From Gemmatimonas sp. (GTDB lineage Bacteria; Gemmatimonadota; Gemmatimonadetes; Gemmatimonadales; Gemmatimonadaceae), in assembly GCA_965279375.1 (NCBI GenBank), contig OZ257156.1, positions 2,368,001 to 2,432,000 on the forward strand: a stretch of 64,000 nucleotides of DNA. The letters are read 5' to 3'. Each line of letters begins with the position of its first letter. Position 1 is the stretch's first letter. The notes beneath the pieces are model-generated. The model had not been told where the DNA came from. It saw only the letters and a list, made by a program, of their open reading frames with translations, and did no database searches. The translations under genes and the position numbers were made by a program. Shown piece after piece: positions 27,950-36,732 of the stretch.

Positions 27950-30082
27950 TCAGAACTCGATCTGCGTTCCCAGCTCTACCACGCGATTCGGCGGAATGGC
28001 AAAGAACTCCGTCGCCGACCGCGCGTTTCGCGCCATGATGGAGAAGATGATCTTCCGCCACCGTGCGATGGTGAACGGGTCGGTGTCGCGTCCCTTGGTT
28101 GGGATGAGACGCTCGCGACCGAGGAAATAGCTCGTCTCCATCGGACGGCAGCGGATCCCCATCTGATCGACGACTTCGAGCACCTGCGGCACGTTGGGTG
28201 ACTGCATGAAGCCGTAGGTGGCGACCACGCGCCAGAAGCCCTGTCCCAACGGGACGACCTTCACGCGTTCGCTCGCACTCGTCTCCGGCGAATCCGACGT
28301 CTTGACCGACACCAGCAGCACGCGTTCATGCAGCACCTTGTTGTGCTTGAGGTGGTGCAGCAACACCGGGGGGACGCCATCGTCGTTGCCGGTCATGAAC
28401 ACCGCGGTGCCGGCCACGCGATGCACCGACGACTTCTCGACGCCATCGAGAAAGAGCCCGATCGGCATGGAGCCTTCAGCCAGTCGCGTATTGAGCAGCA
28501 GGCGCCCGCGCTTCCACGTGAGCATCAGCAGGAAGAGCACGAGGCCGATGGCGAGCGGCACCCAACCGCCGTGCGCGATCTTGGCGGCGTTGGCGCTGAA
28601 GAATCCGATGTCCATCACCAGGAACGCGCTGGTGACGAGCCACGCCTTCCACTCGGGCCAGCGGAACCGCAACCGCGCCACGACGTGGAAAAGCACCGTC
28701 GTGATCAGCATGGTGCCGGTGACCGCGATGCCGTACGCCGCGCCGAGTGCTGCGGTGTTCTTGAACGCGACGACGATCATCAGACACGACACCGCGATGA
28801 ACCAGTTCACCTCGGGGATGTAGATCTGCCCTTCGGATGTCTCCGAGGTGTGGCGAATCTCCATGCGAGGGATGTAGCCCAGCTGAATGCCCTGACGCGT
28901 GATCGAGAACGCACCGGAGATGAGCGCCTGCGACGCGATGATCGCGGCCATTGTTGCGATGACCAGCAACGGAATCAGCAGCGCCTTGGGCGCCAGCAGG
29001 AAGAACGGATTCTCGACGGCCGACGGATCGCGCATGAGCAGCGCGCCCTGTCCGAAGTAGTTGAGCAGCAACGCCGGGAAGACCAGCGCCAGCCATGCGA
29101 CGCGAATGGGGCGGCGACCGAAGTGGCCCATATCGGCGTACAGCGCTTCGCCGCCCGTCACGACGAGTACGACGGAGCCGAGTACGAAGAACGAGAGCGA
29201 GCCGTTCGACTTGGCGAACGCGAGCGCGTACATCGGATTGACCGAGGCCAGAATGGCCGGCGCCTTGGCGATCTCCACGATGCCCAACGTCGCGATGATG
29301 ACGAACCAGACCGCCATCAACGGGCCAAACAGCTTGCCCACGCGGTCGGTACCGACGCGCTGCGCGGCGAAGAGGCCCGCGAGGATGACCACGGCAATCG
29401 GTACGATCGCTGACGCCATATTCGGCAGCGCGATCTCAAGGCCTTCCATCGCGCCGAGCACGGACATTGCCGGCGTGATGATGCCGTCGCCGTAGAGCAA
29501 TGCTGTGCCGAAGAGAGCGAGTGCCACGAGCACGCGTCCCTTCCCGCCGCTGCTGTCAGGCGAGCGTCGCGGGAAGATCAGCGCCAGCAGTGCGAACGTG
29601 CCGCCTTCGCCGCGATTATCTGCGCGCAGAATGAAGCTGACGTACTTGACACTCACCACCAGCGTGAGTGCCCACACCACCAGCGAGAGAATGCCGTAGA
29701 CATTCTCCGCGGTCGGCTTCAGTCCGTAGATGGGGCTGAAGCATTCCTTGATGGCGTAGAGCGGACTCGTGCCGATGTCGCCGTACACGACGCCGAGCGC
29801 CGTGAGCGTCAGAATGCCGAGTCGCTTGCCTGTGGGGGCGCTGTCGTGGCCGTGACCGCGAGGCGCGGAGGCCGCCGGAAACATCCCGGTGTTCGCGTGG
29901 AGCTCGCTGCCCAGCGGGGCGACGCTCGCGTCGAAGCCGACCGCCGGGGTGCCGGAGGGACCCGTCGGATGCCGGTGGGCATCGGACGAGGCGTTCGACG
30001 CGGCGGACTGGCCGCCGGTGCTGCTATCGGAAGAGGCGCCAGCGGGTGAGGCCGGGGCCGACGGAGTGGAATCGGTATCCAT
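27950..30082 (-). CDS. kup: Potassium uptake transporter Kup
   Basis: GVVYGDIGTSPLY, GEGGTFAL, TGGEALYADMGHFG and GQIYIP motifs. Confidence 0.96.
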   Translation of the reverse strand: MDTDSTPSAPASPAGASSDSSTGGQSAASNASSDAHRHPTGPSGTPAVGFDASVAPLGSELHANTGMFPAASAPRGHGHDSAPTGKRLGILTLTALGVVYGDIGTSPLYAIKECFSPIYGLKPTAENVYGILSLVVWALTLVVSVKYVSFILRADNRGEGGTFALLALIFPRRSPDSSGGKGRVLVALALFGTALLYGDGIITPAMSVLGAMEGLEIALPNMASAIVPIAVVILAGLFAAQRVGTDRVGKLFGPLMAVWFVIIATLGIVEIAKAPAILASVNPMYALAFAKSNGSLSFFVLGSVVLVVTGGEALYADMGHFGRRPIRVAWLALVFPALLLNYFGQGALLMRDPSAVENPFFLLAPKALLIPLLVIATMAAIIASQALISGAFSITRQGIQLGYIPRMEIRHTSETSEGQIYIPEVNWFIAVSCLMIVVAFKNTAALGAAYGIAVTGTMLITTVLFHVVARLRFRWPEWKAWLVTSAFLVMDIGFFSANAAKIAHGGWVPLAIGLVLFLLMLTWKRGRLLLNTRLAEGSMPIGLFLDGVEKSSVHRVAGTAVFMTGNDDGVPPVLLHHLKHNKVLHERVLLVSVKTSDSPETSASERVKVVPLGQGFWRVVATYGFMQSPNVPQVLEVVDQMGIRCRPMETSYFLGRERLIPTKGRDTDPFTIARWRKIIFSIMARNARSATEFFAIPPNRVVELGTQIEF

Positions 30083-30147
30083 GGGTTGTTGCTGAACCCG
30101 AAATGTAGCGACTGCGCCGCTCAAGGGACAAAAGCATTCTGCAACGT

Positions 30148-30182
30148 AAAGGCCCCATCGATGCCGGAGCATCAACGGGGCC
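30148..30182 (-). terminator. Intrinsic terminator of the ECF/MacAB operon
   Basis: Minus strand ggccccgttgatgc-tccg-gcatcgatggggcc-ttt; stem with G-U pairs followed by a short U-run. Confidence 0.7.
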
Positions 30183-30264
30183 GCGTCGCCGTGGTGCTGC
30201 GTGGTCGCCGCGTCGCGGACCCGGACGGGTCACGCCGAGGCGCTCACGACTTACGGACGAAACC

Positions 30265-31485
30265 CTACTCGTACCGTAACGCCGTGATCGGGTCCAGACT
30301 GGCGGCACGTCGGGCCGGCCATACGCCGAACACCACGCCGACCACCGCCGAGAAGATGAACGCCAAGGCGACGGACTGAGAGGAGATCTCGGTCGTGAAG
30401 TTGGCGAACTTGCTCAGCGCCATCGCCCCGCCGCTGCCGAGTGCGACGCCGATCGCTCCGCCCAGCAGGCAGAGCACGATCGCCTCGATCAGGAACTGAA
30501 AGAGGATGTTCTTGCTCGTCGCGCCCAGTGCCTTGCGAACGCCGATCTCACGGGTGCGCTCGGTCACCGAGACCAGCATGATGTTCATGATGCCGATGCC
30601 GCCGACGATCAGCGACACGGAGGCAATGCCGGCCAGCAGCGAGCCGAAGACGGCGCTCGTTTCCGCAGCCGTGGTGAGGAAGTCGGCCTGGTTGCGGATC
30701 TGGAAATCATCGTCGCGCTCACGAGGCGTCTTGTGTTCGCGCCGGATGATCTTCTGCACCTCGGCCATCGCCTCGGGGATCTTCTCCTCCGAGACCGCCA
30801 GCACGGAGATGTTGCGCACGCGATCGGTGCCGATCACGCGAAAGCGCGCCGTGTTGAGCGGGATGAGCACCTGGTCGTCGGGGTTCTGGAAGGGGTTGGT
30901 CTGTCCCTTCCCCTTGAGCACGCCGATCACGGTGAACTGAATGCCGCGAATGCGCACCGTCTCGCCGACGATTGCCTCAGGGTTCTCGACGCCAAGATTG
31001 GTGAGCACCTGCGGGCCGAGCACGGCTAACCGCTGCTTGCCCGCGTCTTCCTGCGTCGTGAACATGCGGCCGGCCATCAGCTCGTACTTGCGCACTTCGA
31101 GGTAGTTGGCCGTCGTTCCGACGATCTGCGTGCTGGTGTTCTTCGAGTTGAACTGCACCTGCAACTGCCGCGACATCTCGGGCTGCACGGCGGTGAGCAG
31201 CACCGCCTGATCTTCCAGCGCCTGCGCGTCCGCCATCGTGAGCTTGGCGCGATCCGCTTCAGAGGCGACGCCGCGCGCCTGCACTTGTCCCGGCGAGATC
31301 GACAGCAGCGTGGTGCCCAACGCGGTGATCCGCGCCTTGATGGCGCTCTGCGCGCCGCGGCCGATGCCGTCCATCGCGATCACCGCACCCACGCCGATGA
31401 CGATGCCGAGCATCGTCAGCAGTGAGCGCAGCTTGTTCGCGCGCAGCGCGGTCAGCGCAACCCGGAAGACCTCAGCGTAAAGCAC
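30265..31485 (-). CDS. MacB/FtsX-type ABC transporter permease (no NBD)
   Basis: RSLLTMLGIVIGV, GGIGIMNIMLVSVTERTREIG and LDPITALRYE motifs. Confidence 0.92.
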   Translation of the reverse strand: MLYAEVFRVALTALRANKLRSLLTMLGIVIGVGAVIAMDGIGRGAQSAIKARITALGTTLLSISPGQVQARGVASEADRAKLTMADAQALEDQAVLLTAVQPEMSRQLQVQFNSKNTSTQIVGTTANYLEVRKYELMAGRMFTTQEDAGKQRLAVLGPQVLTNLGVENPEAIVGETVRIRGIQFTVIGVLKGKGQTNPFQNPDDQVLIPLNTARFRVIGTDRVRNISVLAVSEEKIPEAMAEVQKIIRREHKTPRERDDDFQIRNQADFLTTAAETSAVFGSLLAGIASVSLIVGGIGIMNIMLVSVTERTREIGVRKALGATSKNILFQFLIEAIVLCLLGGAIGVALGSGGAMALSKFANFTTEISSQSVALAFIFSAVVGVVFGVWPARRAASLDPITALRYE

Positions 31486-33125
31486 TACCGGCCCCCGGGC
31501 GGGCGTCCGCCACCACCACCACCGGCCGGCGCACCGCCGCCCGCCGCGCCGCCACGCGCCGGCGTCTGCTGCTGCACGCCGGGCACGGTCGACATCGAGC
31601 GGAAGCGATCGTTGGCCTGCTCACGCTTGGCCTGCAATGCGGCCACGGCGAGCGTGGCCACGTTCTCCCCTTCCTTGAGACCGCTGAGCACTTCGGAGTA
31701 GTCGTAGTTCGAGGCACCCAGCCGCACGATACGCGGCTCGAAGGCGCCCGCCGTGTTCTGCACGAACACGAGACCAGAGCGCGCACGGATCGCGCTGCCA
31801 CCGCCACCGTTGCCACCTCCACCGCTGCCGCCCGCGCCGTTGCCGGCAGCCCCTGAGCCGCCGCCGTTGCCAGCTGCGTTGCCGCTGCGCCGACCGCTTC
31901 CGCCGCTCGGGGCACCGCCGGCGGCGATATCGCCCGTGGCGCCTGCGTTGCCGCGACCAGCGCGCGCGTTTGAGCCGGCGCCCTTGTCCGCGCCGCCCAT
32001 CGGTACCGTCTGCGTCGCCTGCGTGTCACCCGAGGGCTGTCCGGATGCTCCACCGCGACCGCTACCCATCTGCGACTGCGCGGTGCGCACCATGGCCACC
32101 ACGGAATCCGGGTTGAGCCCGACGAACGTCGCTGCCGTCGCCGCTTCACGCAGCGTACGCACCGCATCGTTGGCCACCGCCACCACGTTCTCGCGACGCT
32201 CGATGAGCAGCGAGACTTCGCCGTTCATGCCGGGCTTGAGAAAGCCCTCGTTGTTCTGGAGCGAGATGATGACAGGGAACATCGTGACGCTCTGCTGCAC
32301 CACGGCCTGCGGTTCGATCTTCTCGACGACGCCCTGAAACGGACGATCCGGATACGCATCCACGGTAACGCGCGCCGGCTGGCCGCTCTTGACGTTGCCG
32401 ATGTCCGTCTCGTTCACCAGCGCGCGCATGCGCACCTTGCTCAGGTCCGCCATCTGCAACAGCGTCGTGCCGCCACCAAACGCACCCGTGGCCGACGTGA
32501 TCACCGTGCCCAGCGACACCGGCTTGGCGATGACCGTCCCGCCGATGGGCGCCACGACAGTGGCATCTTCGAGACGCTGCTTGGCGAGGTCGAGGTTTGC
32601 GTTGGCGCGAATGAGCGCGCCCTGCGCCTGCGTCAGCGCGAGCGAGGCCGTCTCGAACTCCTGCGTCGTGATGATGCGCGTCTTGTACAGCTCATCGGAG
32701 CGCTTCTTCTGCGCGGCCGCATTCTCGAGGCTGGCTTGCGCCGATCGCTGGTCGGCCAGCGACTGATCGTACTGGTTCTTCACGTCGCGCGTGTCGATCT
32801 GCACCAGCAGGTCGCCGGGCTTCACGGTCGAGCCAATCTCGATCGGCATCTTGATGATGAGTCCCGACGCTCTCGACTTCACATCGACGATGTTGATCGG
32901 CTCGACGGCGCCGGTGGCCTGCGCGTCCACGACGATCGTACGACGATCCACCGCGACGGTGCCAACCTTGGGCGCCGCTTCCTTCTTCGCGCCGCACGCG
33001 GCAAGCAGCGCCACCAACGCCAGCGTGAGTGGTACTCGCGACGCGGCATACGCCACACCGCCATGGGTGCGACGAACGTTCACCGACACGCTCCGGACAA
33101 TCCGAGAAGAGGTGGTCATCATCAC
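31485..33125 (-). CDS. MacA-like periplasmic adaptor lipoprotein with a Gly-rich insertion
   Basis: Lipobox LAA-C; VKPGDLL.QID, VNETDIG.V..GQ and LKPGMN motifs. Confidence 0.88.
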   Translation of the reverse strand: MMMTTSSRIVRSVSVNVRRTHGGVAYAASRVPLTLALVALLAACGAKKEAAPKVGTVAVDRRTIVVDAQATGAVEPINIVDVKSRASGLIIKMPIEIGSTVKPGDLLVQIDTRDVKNQYDQSLADQRSAQASLENAAAQKKRSDELYKTRIITTQEFETASLALTQAQGALIRANANLDLAKQRLEDATVVAPIGGTVIAKPVSLGTVITSATGAFGGGTTLLQMADLSKVRMRALVNETDIGNVKSGQPARVTVDAYPDRPFQGVVEKIEPQAVVQQSVTMFPVIISLQNNEGFLKPGMNGEVSLLIERRENVVAVANDAVRTLREAATAATFVGLNPDSVVAMVRTAQSQMGSGRGGASGQPSGDTQATQTVPMGGADKGAGSNARAGRGNAGATGDIAAGGAPSGGSGRRSGNAAGNGGGSGAAGNGAGGSGGGGNGGGGSAIRARSGLVFVQNTAGAFEPRIVRLGASNYDYSEVLSGLKEGENVATLAVAALQAKREQANDRFRSMSTVPGVQQQTPARGGAAGGGAPAGGGGGGRPPGGR

Positions 33126-34468
33126 AGCTCGCGTCCGAGCAGCGACGAGAGCTGCGCACGCGCGACACGACCGTCGAAACGCGCCTGAATCAGTGCCTGA
33201 CGCGCGACGTTCAGCTGCGTCTGTGACGTGAGCAGATCGAGCAGCGTGGACGCGCCGAGTGCATAGCGCTGCTGCTGCACGCGCAGATCTTCTTCCGCAG
33301 CGGCAATGGCGGCGAGCTGCACCTGCACGCGGGCCTGCGCATTCTGCAGCGAGCGCACGAACGACGTCAGGTTCTGTCGGGCCGCCAGTCGTGCATCGCG
33401 CAACTGCGCTTCAGCGTTGGTGAGCGCCACATCCAGCTGCACAGACTGTGTCTCACGCGCAAAGCCGTTGTACAGCTGGTAGGAGATGTTGAAATTCATC
33501 GTCTGCCGGCTGGCGTTGTTGCCGCCCACGAGCAGCAGATTTCCACCGGTGAATCCGCGGCTGTTCTGGCTGAACGCGTAGTTGTACGACATCGAAAGCG
33601 TGGGCAGATACGTCGACCGCTGCGAGCGCTTGGCTGCACGCGCCACCGCCACATTCGACTCGGCCAGACGCACGGCCGGCCCAGCCACCGCCATCGTCGC
33701 GAGTTCCAATTCTGTCGGCAACGTCAACGGCGTGTCGAGCGAGTCGTCGACAGACGCGGTGATCGTCGCGGTCGATCCGGCCACTCGCGTGAGTGCCGCA
33801 TTGGCGACGCGCAGATCGTTCTCGGCCGTCAGGACGGCCAACTGGGCGTTGCCCACCTGAATGGCGGAACGGAGCGAGTCGGACTTAGTGGCCACACCCG
33901 CCGCCACGCGCGCCGACGATGCCTTGAGCTGCTGCTCCGCCTGCTCGAGCTGTGCCTTGGCCGCTGCTGCCGACTCACGGGCCGCCAGCGCCGCATAGAA
34001 CTGCTGTTTCACCTGCAACGACGCATCGAAGCGCGCCGACACGGCGGAGACATCGGCCACGTCCGCGGTCGCGCGAATACGCTTGATCTCGGAGAACCGA
34101 CGCCCACCGTCGAAGAGTTCGAGGTTCAGTCCGAGTCCGTTGTTGTAGCTCCACGGGTTGCCGGAGAGCGACGTCAGCTGACCATTGAAGTTGTTGATGG
34201 TCGTGCCCTGCGTGCGGCCACTACCGGCCGTCAGGTTCACCGTCGGCACATACGCCCCGACCGCTTGCCGTCGCGCCGCACCGGCCGTGCGATCCAGCCC
34301 GCGCGCCGCGATCGCGGCCGGCGCATTGCGCGCAGCGAGGTCCACCGCCTCACGCAGCGTCACCGGACGCGCGGCGTCATCTCCAGCGGTCTGTGCCGCG
34401 AGCGGCGCGGCGAGCAACACGGCGCCCGCCAGCATCGCCGCAGAGCGGGAAGCAAAGCGCGCGCTCAT
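33122..34468 (-). CDS. TolC-family outer membrane protein
   Basis: Signal peptide; two OEP repeats (LELFDGG; RYALGASTLLDLL). Confidence 0.88.
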   Translation of the reverse strand: MSARFASRSAAMLAGAVLLAAPLAAQTAGDDAARPVTLREAVDLAARNAPAAIAARGLDRTAGAARRQAVGAYVPTVNLTAGSGRTQGTTINNFNGQLTSLSGNPWSYNNGLGLNLELFDGGRRFSEIKRIRATADVADVSAVSARFDASLQVKQQFYAALAARESAAAAKAQLEQAEQQLKASSARVAAGVATKSDSLRSAIQVGNAQLAVLTAENDLRVANAALTRVAGSTATITASVDDSLDTPLTLPTELELATMAVAGPAVRLAESNVAVARAAKRSQRSTYLPTLSMSYNYAFSQNSRGFTGGNLLLVGGNNASRQTMNFNISYQLYNGFARETQSVQLDVALTNAEAQLRDARLAARQNLTSFVRSLQNAQARVQVQLAAIAAAEEDLRVQQQRYALGASTLLDLLTSQTQLNVARQALIQARFDGRVARAQLSSLLGREL

Positions 34469-34863
34469 CGACGGCCGCCCCGCATACGGCGCGTGCTGTC
34501 GGCTTTCTGCAGCCGGTCGATGATCTTGCGGAAATCCGCCTGCTGCTGCGGATCGAGCGACTGCATGAGCAGGACGCGAGCGCTATCGCGCACCGCGTCG
34601 AAGGACGGGCTAACGGAGTCCATGAGTTCCTTGTTGCGCGCACGACGCCAGTCGTAAATCGAATCGACCTTCTGCCGTTGCGCGTCGGAGAGATGCAGTT
34701 CACGCGCGAGACTGTCGCGCATCGCCCGTTCGTCCATGGGACCACGGCGCGGGCGCGAAAGATTGACGGCGCGATCGGCGACAAAGCCGACCGCACCTCC
34801 AGTGAGAAACGCCCCGATCAGAAAGATCCAGGCGAGCGACTTCGTACGAGGGTTGCTGGGCAC
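34465..34863 (-). CDS. Membrane-anchored LTxxQ (Spy/CpxP/ZraP-like) helical protein
   Basis: N-terminal TM; ELHLSDAQ and LDPQQQ motifs. Confidence 0.6.
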   Translation of the reverse strand: MPSNPRTKSLAWIFLIGAFLTGGAVGFVADRAVNLSRPRRGPMDERAMRDSLARELHLSDAQRQKVDSIYDWRRARNKELMDSVSPSFDAVRDSARVLLMQSLDPQQQADFRKIIDRLQKADSTRRMRGGRR

Positions 34864-34875
34864 GGAGATGGCCGA

Positions 34876-35301
34876 CTACCAGTCGAGCGGATTGAGATAA
34901 CGCTCGGGTGCATCAGCCGGCAGACGCCGCCGCGGGCTCGACGTGAACGTCACCGCGTCACCTTCCAGTGCGCGCTGCAGTGCCGCGTCATAGGTGGTGT
35001 CCGCAGCGACGCCATTCGCCACCGACGGCGTGTTGAGATCGAGCGCGCGCTCGCGCACCATCGCCGCACCGGCCAGCAACAGCGCCATCGTCGCCGCCAC
35101 GAGTCCCACCGTGCGCACGTCGGCAAACACCGACCACCACGCCGGCGGCTGCGCTTCGCTGAGTCGCGCCAGCACACGCTGTTCAAGACCCGCCCAGTAG
35201 CTCTCCGACGTCGGAGATGCGTAGGCCGCACGCAGGAGGGCGTTCAGCGCGGGATCTCCCGCGTCGCTCCGCCCGTCGTCTGCCCGATTGAAGTTCGTCA
35301 T
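34876..35301 (-). CDS. Putative single-pass anti-sigma factor
   Basis: ATGA overlap with the sigma gene; N-terminal helix (LEQRVLARL) and one TM; no HxxxCxxC. Confidence 0.6.
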   Translation of the reverse strand: MTNFNRADDGRSDAGDPALNALLRAAYASPTSESYWAGLEQRVLARLSEAQPPAWWSVFADVRTVGLVAATMALLLAGAAMVRERALDLNTPSVANGVAADTTYDAALQRALEGDAVTFTSSPRRRLPADAPERYLNPLDW

Positions 35302-36014
35302 TCGTTGCTCCGCAGGTTGCCCAACAATCGCCGCAGGTGCGATCGGGCATGGTGCAAGTCCGATCGGGCGGTCCCCTCGGGAATTCCGAGCAGGGCGCCG
35401 ATCTCGGCGTGCTTGTATCCCTCGACGTCGTGCAGCACGATCACCGACCGCTGCCGTTCGCCCAGAGTGTCCAGCGCACGCGCCAGTCGCGTGCGCAATT
35501 CTTCCGCTTCTGCCGGATCGCGATGCGGTGACGACAACGTCTCCGGCAACTCGTCCGCGTCACGTACCTTCCGGCGCCGCGCGATATCCAGCGCAGCGTT
35601 CGCCACAATGCGGTGCAGCCACGCGCCGAACGCCTGTTCGGGGCGGAACCGCTCCAGCGCACGGAACGCATGCAGAAAACCTTCCTGCACCGCGTCTTCC
35701 GCGTCGTCATGCGAGAGGACGATCGAACGCGCCACCGCATAGGCCCGACGCTGATGCCGCTGCACCAGACCGGCAAACGCGACGCCGTCGCCGCGCTGGG
35801 CCGCCTGAACCAACGCCCGCTCCTCGAGCACATCCGGGGAAGGGAAGGGCAATTCGCTCACGGGCACCACCGGCACGACGCGCTCGCGGTTTCCAACGCG
35901 CGCCCCGACCTCAACGCTCTGCTCCGCCGCCGCTTCCGAACGCTCGCTTCCCGTGATGGGCCTCGTGGCCGGAACGGGAAGGGCGAGGGAAGTCATGCGG
36001 TCGGGTGGGGTCAT
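35298..36014 (-). CDS. ECF sigma-70 factor
   Basis: Region 2 DAEDAVQEGFL..F.AWL.RI..N; region 4 EGYKHAEIG..LGIPEGTARS.LH.AR. The start may lie further downstream. Confidence 0.93.
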   Translation of the reverse strand: MTPPDRMTSLALPVPATRPITGSERSEAAAEQSVEVGARVGNRERVVPVVPVSELPFPSPDVLEERALVQAAQRGDGVAFAGLVQRHQRRAYAVARSIVLSHDDAEDAVQEGFLHAFRALERFRPEQAFGAWLHRIVANAALDIARRRKVRDADELPETLSSPHRDPAEAEELRTRLARALDTLGERQRSVIVLHDVEGYKHAEIGALLGIPEGTARSDLHHARSHLRRLLGNLRSNE

Positions 36015-36640
36015 CAGGAATACGCGTCTCCGGCGACGGTCGTTGAATCGGGGCCGCTCACCCCGGCGAGACCGAGGGGGCCGGCTATCTCCTGCATGGC
36101 CACCAGCACGATGCCAATGTGCTCGTCCAGCGGCACGCCCAGCGCTTCGGCGCCCTGGACGATGTCGTCGCGATTGACGCCCCGCGCGAACCCCTTGTCC
36201 TTCATCTTCTTCTTCACGCCGGCCACGTCCACATCGGCGATCGCCTTGGACGGCTTCACCAGCGCCGATGCCGTGATCAATCCGGTCAGCTCGTCCACGG
36301 CAAACAGCGCCTGCGCCATGCGGGTGACGCGCGGTACCCCGGTGTAGTTACCGTGCCCCATCACCGCCTCACACACCTCCTCCGGCCACCCCAGCGACCG
36401 CAGGTGCCGCACCCCCTCCGCCGGGTGCTCTTCCGTGGGAGACTGGGCCGCGTTCGGGAAGCGCTCGTAGTCGAAATCGTGGATCAGCCCCGTCACCGCC
36501 CACGTCTGCACATCTTCGCCGAACCGCAGCGCATAGGCGCGCATCGCCGCTTCGACGGCGAGCATGTGCTTGCGCAGCGAATCGCTGGCCGTCCAGGACT
36601 CGACAAGCGCGAGAGTTTCGGCGCGGGTAGGTAGCGGCAC
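36014..36640 (-). CDS. HD-superfamily (HDIG-like) hydrolase
   Basis: KHMLAV...GLIHDFDYE...H...DELTG; TGATG overlap with the sigma gene. Confidence 0.85.
   Translation of the reverse strand: MPLPTRAETLALVESWTASDSLRKHMLAVEAAMRAYALRFGEDVQTWAVTGLIHDFDYERFPNAAQSPTEEHPAEGVRHLRSLGWPEEVCEAVMGHGNYTGVPRVTRMAQALFAVDELTGLITASALVKPSKAIADVDVAGVKKKMKDKGFARGVNRDDIVQGAEALGVPLDEHIGIVLVAMQEIAGPLGLAGVSGPDSTTVAGDAYS
36021..36046 (-). promoter_or_regulatory. Candidate autoregulatory ECF promoter TCAAC-N17-CGTA
   Basis: Lies in the last codons of the HD gene; CGTA ends 6 nt before the sigma ATG at 36014. Confidence 0.5.
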
Positions 36641-36732
36641 GGTCGCAGGGCTTAGGGCTGTCGGTGAACGATCCGCTCGGAGAGACGGTGCCCAAGGTTA
36701 GTCCAATGGGACGGGCCTCGCGACCCAAACGC

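Noticed and set aside
30083..30264. Possible c-di-AMP riboswitch upstream of kup
   Set aside because: No recognisable ydaO conserved elements; the region is explained by a terminator and a probable sigma-70 promoter.
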